From Lingula anatina (Eukaryota > Animalia > Brachiopoda), in assembly GCA_051362555.1 (NCBI GenBank), contig CM120646.1:15252001-15316000 (forward strand): DNA of 64,000 nucleotides. The letters are read 5' to 3'. Below, one piece after another: positions 54,301-64,000 of the stretch. Each line of letters opens with the position of its first letter. Positions within the stretch are counted from its first letter, which is position 1. The notes under the pieces are model-generated. The model was not told the DNA's origin. It ran no database searches and saw nothing but the letters and a program-made list of their open reading frames with translations. Position numbers and translations under genes: made by a program.

Positions 54301-56877
54301 AGAAATCTCATTCGCAATAAATACGTTCGATAAAATGATAAAAAATGACACATATTTAACCATATAATAAATTTGAGATGAAGCATCCACGTTTTCAATA
54401 AACACTTCACCGGTACGGGGTAGGCCATTTAGATAGCTATCTACCTGTATGCTGTACCCTATATTCAAATGTTACTTTTAATTATAAGTATTTTACCAAC
54501 GAAAATAAAGTTAATTGTGAGTCGAGTTGTGCGAACTAAGTGATTTTTCAGCCGTATCAAGCTGGGCAATTTTTCACACTTAATTGAAGTTCTGAGACCC
54601 GTTACACGAAATGGATTAAGCCAGTACAATATAGGAGTTCAATAAAATGATGCATTGCCCGTGTTTTATAACAGGAAAGACGTGATCAGACCAGTACTTA
54701 TCTTTTGGGCGGACTGCTATTTATTCATGTTCATCTGAAGTACACTAAATTCCGTTTTAGGGTTCATTTGCGACATCGTCCTTTAACCCTTGACTGTGGC
54801 ACTGTTCTTCCCTGTTGCTAGGCAGGTGACGCTAGATACGTGAATTTAATGATGGCGACACTTTGACTGATTTGGATACAACTTTATATTCATCAGTTTG
54901 AAGTCAAGCACCTGGACAGTCAAATATATTGTAAAAGAATGTGTCTGCAGTCCGCTCCCCATGAACGCTTTGAAAATAAACGCATTATTATTATTTTGCA
55001 TTTTTTTCCCTGAAATGCAAGGTATTGCTTTTGTTGGGTGTAATATAGGTAAATGATCACGACTCTAACACGCTTTTTAATATACATACATGATTTAGTT
55101 TGATGCCTTTTTATTTCATTGCCCATGTGTTCCTGTTTTTGCACTTGTTATTGTTGCGTTGTTATCAATATTCATCTGCGTGTGGTATTCATCTAAACAA
55201 GAAGAGGCCCGTTTATAGTGATGTTAACCTAACAATAACTATCTTGTCCTGACAAAGTCGGAGGTCGGTGGCCTCAATATAAGATATGATAGCAATAGGA
55301 TTAATGTATTTACCATGTGGTTTGAGTTGGATTCAGTTTTTTCTGACGTGCTGAAAACAAACATGGTGCGATTGTTTATTGACTTGTATTTTTAAACTTA
55401 CTACGACCTTTCGTCCGCTGTAGTTCTATTTTCCAAACATCTGTTCACGTGAATGTAAACTGTCCCCGTTTGAAAATGTTCCAAAGTCATGCGTTCTTTG
55501 TCTACATTTGTTGCAAAGCTACGTCTCTTTCCCAATTAAGACTCGAAAAACGGCAAAACCTCACAAATAAAAGTACCTGATGTCGATTTTTCCTTAGAAA
55601 AATGTACAGGCAGACGTGGCGGTCGAAAGGCTTTTAGAAAAAGTATAAAGACCGGAAGTATATAACATAAAATGGCATAAAACATCGGATCAGGGGCAAT
55701 GGATCGTGCTAAGGACAAAATAAAATAAAAATAACTCGGGAATTTTGGATAGAATGCCAGTTATACCTACAGCTTGTATATGGTGCATTTTTGGTTCGTG
55801 CCACGTTTTACATATGCAGGACGATTAAGAGAGTGACTTCACAGCGTTGTGGGAATCCTCACTCGAAAGAAAAGAAAAGGACTGAACGAATTGTTACGGG
55901 ACTATTTTATTTAAAGTAAATCTCAGTTCTGGTATTAAATTGGAGCATATAGCACTACCCACAGAAGATTCAAGATCTAAGGCTACAAGCAAGGCTGAAA
56001 TCAAGAAGAATAAGCAGAAAGTCGAAATCTGTGGGGATCATTCAATAGGAAAATGAGATTCGTTTTGGGTTATTCGGTGGCTTTCTCTATTATCTTCCTG
56101 CAAATAGCAACAGCACACGAAATCAAATCGGAGCAAGAAAGGGCAGTCCAATGGCTGAGGGACGTCAATGACCGCGCCGGCAGAGTGTATAATAACTTAC
56201 GAGTGGCAAGATGGGTGTACGCTACAAATATAACTAAATTTAACGGAGAAAGACAGGTAATGTTTTGTTAACAGTTAATTTGTAACTGCTATGTAACCGT
56301 AACCGTACCGTAAGGGATAAAACATAAAACTGGTGTCAGTCTTATTACTGTGAATTCACCAATCATAATTGTTCTTTCATATTCTATTTCATCGAAACCT
56401 TGCGTGTATTGAATACGTTGAATCAACTGCGTTAGTTTGTTACAACATTCATTTTCTGGTGAGCACGTTCCAGTATAGGTTGTTTCAACAGCGAACATCT
56501 GTGAAGCTACAGACACAAAATGCCTCTTATTTTATATGGGCAAAGTCCTCGCAAATCGCAAAAATATGTGACAACTAGGACTCGAAACGTTGCTCATGGG
56601 GTAGATCATATGGACCATTTCATCACCGTTTGCTTGCTTTATGAGTCAAACATTCATAAGTAATATACGTGCTTGGCACTGCCTTCTTAGTGCAACAGGG
56701 CCTCCATGATATTACTGCTGAAAGCTGAGAAATCCACGAAGAATTTGACTGCATTGTTAGAAAGAAGGAAGGACATTCCATCACAGAACATTGACAGATT
56801 GGGGGGCACAGCTTGTATGAGGAACCCTATACCCCCCACCCACCCCCACCCCAAATCAGAGTATAAGGTTGTGTTCA

Positions 56878-56917
<40 letters not shown>

Positions 56918-58115
56918 TATATGTAATTTTTATCCGAACACAATTCAGCAACATCTTTGTTTAATCAGCCCCGACAGCGGGCCTTTTCGGTTGGGGAGAT
57001 CGAGGCTCTGCAGAGCTCGAGCTCCTTCTGCTTTACCCGCGGGCAGTCCCTACCAGAAGAGTGGCTTATTGTATTATTTTGCATTGCATTGTATTGCAAA
57101 TTGCGTTGCATTATATTATATTATATTATATTATATTATATTATATTATATTATATTTAGCACAACGCCTCCATCATGTCTGCAGAGTTTGACAGAGAGG
57201 CGGCGGCAAATGCTTCATTGTTTGCCTGGGAGAATTTCACCGATCCTGATCTTAGGAGGCAATTCAGAAAAATCTCCGATGTCGGCTCTGCAGCACTCCT
57301 TCGCAAGGACAAGGCAAAATACGAGAGGGTGAGTTGATGACACAGTGATGTCACGTTTTATAAGCATGAAGTGCATATGTGACAAAGACATAATACGAAA
57401 CGATCGTGTCGTAGAGCATTTATAAGAAAATGGGTCTGCTCTGATGTCAGCCAAGACGTAGCTAGTACGCCCTTCGGAAATATTTCAGTGTACAGAAATC
57501 GCAATGACAATATTCATGTACATATGACCTTGAGGCAATGCAAAAATATTTATCTGTGGTTTAGATTGAAGTAGGTCTGGTTGGCTTGTCTCTGTGTTAT
57601 GTAAATGTCTAAGATGACATGAATGTCAGTAAGGTCAGAAAGCTTTCCGGATCAGTTACTTTTTGCTTTCCAAATATGCAGCATGTGACAAGAATATTTT
57701 TCTCTCTTTCTTTCTTTCTCGTTCTTTCCTTTTTAAGCATAGAGGGCGAATTTTCTTTAATAAGTTGGGGACGTGTGACGAGAATTCGGTGTTAATTTTG
57801 CGTTGTAGGCATAACAATTCAGGTTCATAAAAACTAAAATTGACGCACTCACTTCCTTCACGGTAAAATTCAACAATTTCGCTCATCCACAATGTTTTCA
57901 TCCCATCGATTAAAAATCCTGACAGAGTAGTTTGTATCCATTTCAGCTCATATCGTTGGTCACCAAGATGGAGACCACTTATAGCGAGGGCCAAGTATGT
58001 GACAAAAAGGGCACGTGTTTAGATTTGGAGCCAGGTTAAGTATACGACACACTTTTTTGTTTATTAACCTAGTAGTGAATTGTTTGTTTTAGGGCTTTAA
58101 GATCATTGAATTTAA

Positions 58116-58163
<48 letters not shown>

Positions 58164-59275
58164 CTTATTTGTTTAATGTCCAGTCCTTATTACAGGTCTT
58201 ACCCGATTAATGGCCACCTCGAGAGATTATTGGGAACTTCTTGATGCCTGGAAAGGATGGCGGGATGCAACTGGACGAAAGATTCGAAACGATTACAAGG
58301 AATTTGTTGATCTCAGTAACGTGGCCGCTGTTGAAAATGGTAAGCTAGTGAACGCCTGTGCATATGCGTGTTTGCACTGGTGTACGTTTTACTTAATGTG
58401 GTAGAATCATATGTGCACCTCACACATCACTTTTAAGATATTCAAACCGTTTTCAAATTAAAATCACTATTCCTGAATCGAAGGACTTGGTTAACGTAGT
58501 TACCGGTTCTATTCGTATTTTTTATCGATCCAGATTTATCGATTTATTTTATGGGAATTAATAGTAATTTCCCCTTTTTTATTAAAAGTAGCTACGATCT
58601 GTTAACCAGATTTAAAGCTCGAGAGGGGCTCAAAAATCCGAAACTTGAACATGCTCACAGTATTTCACTGAACATTTTTTATTGCGGTATCAACCTTATC
58701 CACTCAAACCAAAAATACCATGCTTTCTGCCATTCTTGCAGGGTACCGAGACACAGGGGACTACTGGAGATCCTGGTACGACACTGCCGACTTCCGGGAT
58801 CAACTAGAGCAACTGTATGAGGAGATGAAACCGCTCTACCTTAACCTACACGCCTATGTGAAGAATAAACTGAAGGCAAAATATGGAGAGAGCTTGTTTC
58901 CACCGAGTGGACACATTCCAGCTCACTTATTAGGTATGGGTGTTATCACGTTATAGATGTGTTTCGGAAGTATGCGACAACTTAATCTTGAAATATCACA
59001 GTTTGTTAAACCTTGATGTGTTGTGATATATGTAATTTTAAAGAGATAATAACTTTTCTTATGAGATTCGTATTTTACCACCAAAACAGCGGTTATCGCA
59101 ATTATTCTGGAATCTCTGCTTGTCATCAGACCATGTGAGCCTTCATAGATGGCTATATCTCCTTAATAATCCGTTAAGAAATTATTACAGACACCAAACT
59201 TTAAAAAATGGACTAACTTTGATTCATTAACCATAGGCAAGTATGGGAGAATCGTCGTTTACCCCAGGAAAATTC

Positions 59276-59320
<45 letters not shown>

Positions 59321-62300
59321 CAAAATGAACGGTTGTCATCCCTTTAAAATGTTGTGATTACTGTAGACCAAAATTTTTGTTCGAGATGAATTGAAGTATT
59401 GTATGAGTGATAATGCATTGACACGATTTCAAAACATTATGAGAAATATGCTTCAATATATTGCGTTGGGTTAGCCCCATTATAGAATGAAATCAGCATT
59501 TATAAAATATGATATTGAAGTCATTCAAGATATGTATGTCACTGATATGCCTTTGATGATATATAAATTTATACCGTATTGTCAATATATATTGTGAAGT
59601 GAAAACAAAATATTTTTTATTCGGCATCAACACACATGACGCCATTGGACGTACTCTCAGTATGACGCTAAGTAAAGCATTTCACTGATTATATTTTCAA
59701 GGGAATATGTGGGCCCAAAGTTGGAACAATATATTCGACATCGTGGAGCCTTTTGCTGGGAAACCTAGCGTTGACGTCACCCCTAAGATGAAGGAACTGG
59801 TAATGACGGGCTCATAAGTTCTCTTCCTTCTGAAAGTATAAAAATTTATTCAACGGTTATTGTACTGGATATTTTTTGTGTGGTGGCATCTATATTTTTT
59901 TAGTATTGGCATCTATAAATTAAGATATAAACACAATATTAGAGCATTGAAAATGTTTCACTCGTAAGTGGTGTGAAATTGCACATCAGCATTGAAATAT
60001 GGCAGTGTTTTTTATCTCACAAGCACAACACTGCAAGGTGTGTTTTTTTAATGAATTCTTGGAATTTGATTTAGAATTACACGCCCCGTAGAATGTTCAA
60101 CATTTCTGACGAATTCTTCACTTCGCTGGGTTTGAAAACAATGCCGCAGGAGTTTTGGGACCATTCCATGCTAGAGAAGCCTACGGATGGACGTAGGGTT
60201 GTGTGTCACGCGTCAGCCTGGGATTTTTACAACCAAAAAGACTTCAGGTAAATGTCAACATTGGTGGCCTTTGTAACCGCTCAAAATAAGATCAGTAATA
60301 GTGAGCTGACGTCACAAGACGACCAGATATACACAGCATAGGGGTCTCCCTCGTGATTTTTTCTTTTGATCTGTAACAAGTTCTCTAGGGGTAGGGGGGC
60401 TCTATAGCACGCATATCATCCCCTAACAATGATACAATGGTTTCTACGCCTCCCACGCGGGCCGTTCCAGCAGAGGCAGGGCAATTAAATCTCGGCATGT
60501 TTTCGGGGTGGGTGGCGCCATATTTGATCCGCATACTAGTTAGTCCGCGGAATAACTGGTTGTGAATGCTCCCAAAGAGATAAATGAGTCATTGGGTTTC
60601 TTTTTTGGTCAGAATCAAACAGTGCACAGACGTCACGATGGAGGAACTGATCACAGTCCACCATGAAATGGGCCATGTGGAGTATTATCTCCAATACAAG
60701 GATCAGCCAGTTGTGTACAGGAGGGGGGCAAATCCCGGTATGGATTGCGTGTGTTGCTTTTGCTTTGAATAGTACTTAGTTAACTCCTTAATGTACAAGA
60801 AGTTACATTCATTAGAATGAATATTGAATTGGAAAAAAACTATTGTGAGATTCGTAAAGATTGTTCTGAAAAAAGGAATCACCCCTTCATAAAATTAATA
60901 AATAAAATGAAATAAAAGAGCAAACGTAATAAATGAATAAATTGCGCGTTTACAAATGTTCGTATTTATAGAAACAAGATAAAGACCCTATTTCTAACAC
61001 GTACTGTGCAGCACATAGCTCTAGGAATACAGGTTACAATACAGAAATGCTAGGTTTAAACTTTGTTTAAGCAAGACACAACTAAGACGCACTCCAATTC
61101 TCTGTCCTAATACTTACAGGGTTCCACGAGGCTGTTGGTGACGTACTGGCCCTTTCAGTCTCCACGCCAACACATTTGAAAGAGATCGGGCTGCTGAAGA
61201 ATGTTACCAATGACAGTGGTAAAAACAATGAAATATTTGGGAAATCTCGCGTTTTCCGTTTTCAGTGTTTTGTAAGAGAAAAAGTTATCAAAAGCATTGT
61301 GCTATTTTCATATGATACTTGATAGGTATTTTTTTTACTTCCAACAAGTGTCAAACATTACAAGCCGTGTCCCTATGCTAATAAGCATCAATCCTTTTTT
61401 CTTGTAGAGAGTGACATAAACTATCTAATGAGCATTGCCCTGGACAAAATTGCCTTTATTCCATTTGGATATTTGATGGACCAATGGCGCTGGGGTGTTT
61501 TTGATGGGTCAATAAAGTTTAAGGATTATAACAAAGAGTGGTGGAAGTTACGGTAGGTGTGGCAGGTAACGCATTCGCAAATGTGCTCAGGTGTGCCGTT
61601 TTCACAACTAACACATTCATATTTTGCTTTCATTCGACCCAACGGGATTGGTTTTGTATTATGTTCATTCGGCCAGAATCCAGTAATTTTTTCAACGTGG
61701 GGTGGAAATGGCCTTATTTTGTGGTCGCACACCTAACGCACTCCATATATCAAAAATCCTCCGAATGAAAAAACTTTTTCTTTCCGTCTTAGCAAATTAG
61801 TTATGACTGAAGTGGAATTGAAAAATTACTTTTCCGATTGAAAACAAGAATCAGTGTAGCTTATTGTCAAGAATTTGATGAATGAAATTGCATCAATATA
61901 CATCTTCATGCCGCTTATTTCCAAGACACCTCATTATCTGCATACTGTAAAGGGGAATTTCAAATATAAAACAATTCATCAAAGATATTGATTCTTTTCA
62001 GGTGCAAATACCAAGGCGTTTCTCCCCCAATACACAGGAATGAAAGCGAATTTGATCCTGGTGCCAAGTATCATATACCAGCTAATACACCATATATAAG
62101 GTTCAGTTTCAGTGTATATTGAAATTGTATGTTAACCATTGCTAGGTTCTTGGTATAAAATGAACCTCCAGATCCTGACTAATTTACATGAAAGGCATTT
62201 AGTATACATTAGATAACTGAAAGTAATATAATGGTGCATATTAAAATGCAGTTTATTCTTGGTACCTTTCTATCCAAGTTTCTAAATTTTGATGAATTAT

Positions 62301-63572
62301 CAATCAGTTTGTGTGATTGTTTTTATACACAGTTTCCAATATTGAGCATTTACATCTCTGTGTGAAAAAAATACTCATTAATTAATATGATGCAACTTTT
62401 TGAATAAAAGTGGCTATGGCATTCTCATATTTAGGAGAGGGATTTTTTGCTTTGTAAACAATTTTCAGGTGATTATTCAAAATTCAAAAATATATGTCCA
62501 CACCAAATTGGCTTAAGCATGAGTCTTTAAGAGTATTTTCAAAGAAAGTTAACAATAGAGCTGTATAAGCTTGAGAAATCTCTATTTGATTTCTCTCCAT
62601 ACTAAAAACATTCTAAAACAAGATAATCTAATTCATTTTTAAACCTTTATGTCTTCAGGTATTTTGTTAGTTATGTCCTACAGTTCCAGTTCCACGAGGC
62701 CCTCTGTAACACAGCCAATCAGACAGGTCCCTTGCACATGTGCGACATCTATCGATCTACAGAAGCAGGAGCAAAACTTGGGTAATGTGGCTGTAAAATT
62801 GCATACTAAATAAAATACATATCGTTAGTTCATTACGTATCATTTCATTAGTCTGATATACATTATTTTGATTAAATTATCAGTTACTAAGTTCCTATTT
62901 ATTAGTATGCAACCCTCAACAGAAAGCTATGGAAAGTGTACCAAGACATAATTCACTACTACGACACTATTTGTAAATTCTAGCTATATATTCAAATTTA
63001 GTATCAGCAAGTATATAAATATAGAAGAAATAGCATTTCTGCATTCCCCCAGTGAAAATTCAAAACATTTTACAGTATAACTGTTGCATAATGTCACAAT
63101 TGCCTCAAGCATTGTAAAACACTTCTTCATATGACTGCATATATTTGCCAAAAACAATCCAGTGTAACTATCACACCTACAGCAATTAAACCCAAACATC
63201 ATTACAACTAACACAATCCCTTCAAACTGTGAAGTCTTTAATATTATCTATTTTTCTTTATATTTTAGTAACATGTTAAAACTTGGATCTAGTAAACCAT
63301 GGCCAGAGGCACTGGAGCAAGTTACAGGGACCCGTAACATGTCCGCTAATGCCATCTTGCTCTACTTCAAGCCTCTAATTGATTGGCTAAAGGTCCAAAA
63401 TGCAGGTCAGGGCATAACATGGTCTGAAGAATGTCCAACTGAGTTTTACACGACTACTTCTGCTCCTTCAACCACCACCAAATTCAAGCCAGCAAATTCA
63501 ACAGGAAGGTTGCATAATAGTTTCTTTATAGTAGCCTTTATATCTGTATTGACACGTTACATTGTAAGATGA
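51311..63572 (+). CDS. ACE: Angiotensin-converting enzyme, single catalytic domain (peptidase M2), about 655 aa
   Basis: Exons 51311-51520 (or 56053-56256), 57161-57328, 57947-58034, 58196-58339, 58742-58933, 59702-59799, 60075-60247, 60613-60737, 61120-61218, 61408-61552, 62002-62100, 62659-62781, 63269-63572; 1968 nt, in frame. Motifs [67 protein letters not shown]. Confidence 0.95.
51935..52378. mobile_element. Nested foldback MITEs (inner element 52101-52324)
   Basis: The outer copy resembles 18519-18755 and 54140-54273. The inner copy has TIR-like ends (ggctctattcccatagattt / aaatctctgggaaagcacc) and is flanked by direct repeats ccaagaggaggcgtgtta. Confidence 0.65.
53691..53858. mobile_element. 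MITE with TIR CAGGGGCGGAT and 5-bp target-site duplication ATAAC
   Basis: caggggcggat...atccgcccctg with ataac at 53686-53690 and 53859-53863; internal repeated ggaagac(g/t)gtca. Confidence 0.8.
54140..54273. mobile_element. Truncated copy of the foldback MITE family
   Basis: gggctcattccca...gttctacgtagatcgatcca...tgcaatca...tcgtataat...gtattcta aligns by eye with 51935-52075. Confidence 0.6.
56053..56256 (+). CDS. ACE: ACE alternative first coding exon 1b (signal peptide + N-terminal helix)
   Basis: [68 protein letters not shown]|gtaatg; phase 0; homologous to exon 1a (W.Y.TNIT..N). Confidence 0.85.
57111..57157. repeat. (TTATA)n microsatellite abutting the ACE exon 2 acceptor
   Basis: About 9 units of ttata followed directly by tttag|cac at 57160/57161. 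Confidence 0.9.
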
Positions 63573-64000
63573 ACACACATGTGAAGTACTAATTGGTGTC
63601 GATTAAGACAGTAGAGCAACTGACATGTCAATTCAAAGTTGAAATCACAGTAATACATTTTAAGACCATAACAGAAATGTATTGAAAATCACACTAGAAT
63701 TTATCTTTCCGATTCTTCATTCTTAGCATATTTATACTCAGGAGCCCCAACTTGTGCTTACATATTATACTTATTAAAGAACCTGAATATATTTGAAATA
63801 AAATTAATTACAAAAAGCTTTAGGGATATTATGGATACAGTATCAAAATGGCAAGTGTATGATACCATTTTATATTTCTTTTTTCCAAAATTAACATCAG
63901 TGCATTGCTATATTTTGGTTTCTTGTAAACTAAAATTTGAATGATCGATTGAGGAAAATCTTCAGTTTTAATCAGTGATTTAAAATCAAAATTTAATAAC

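Noticed and set aside
51311-56256. Two-domain (somatic-type) ACE, or exon 1a spliced onto 1b
   Set aside because: Only one HEMGH domain is present. Exon 1b has its own signal peptide, and the nearest AG (56048) would put it out of frame with a stop.
57020-57065. Twister or hammerhead ribozyme on the minus strand (cgggtaaagcagaagg, ccgaaa)
   Set aside because: Lacks the twister P4 loop and UAA-P2 arrangement, and lacks the hammerhead CUGANGA core.
56706-57332. 208-aa ORF with a poly-Leu 'membrane' segment
   Set aside because: Made of microsatellite translations and out of frame with the real ACE exon.

Overview
AT-rich, intron-rich animal genomic DNA; an invertebrate, plausibly a mollusc or other lophotrochozoan (inferred from composition and repeat types, not proven). 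I assembled four spliced protein-coding genes by hand from GT-AG junctions with consistent phases. (1-2) Two tandem, paralogous secreted C-type-lectin-fold genes on + (2035-8273, about 666 aa; 10735-12897, about 354 aa). They carry a highly divergent 10-Cys lectin-like domain, and the first also has eight CPW(Y/W)xxxC mini-loops in a Thr-rich stalk. (3) A complete SORL1/SorLA gene on - (47423-16674): VPS10P, YWTD/EGF, 10 LDLa, 6 FN3, TM and a FANSHY tail. (4) A single-domain angiotensin-converting enzyme (peptidase M2) gene on + (51311-63572). The most interesting signals are duplication-driven splicing features. SORL1 has a pair of homologous 105-nt exons in the VPS10P propeller that look mutually exclusive, with a candidate long-range RNA pairing between them. 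A 48-bp minisatellite tandemly copies a SORL1 splice acceptor 21 times, all in frame, and an older degenerate array of the same kind lies nearby. ACE has two alternative first exons that swap the signal peptide and N-terminal lid helix (acidic versus basic) onto one catalytic domain, which is probably GPI-anchored. MITE-like foldbacks, a possible SINE and microsatellites fill the introns. Gene models are manual and have no transcript support.
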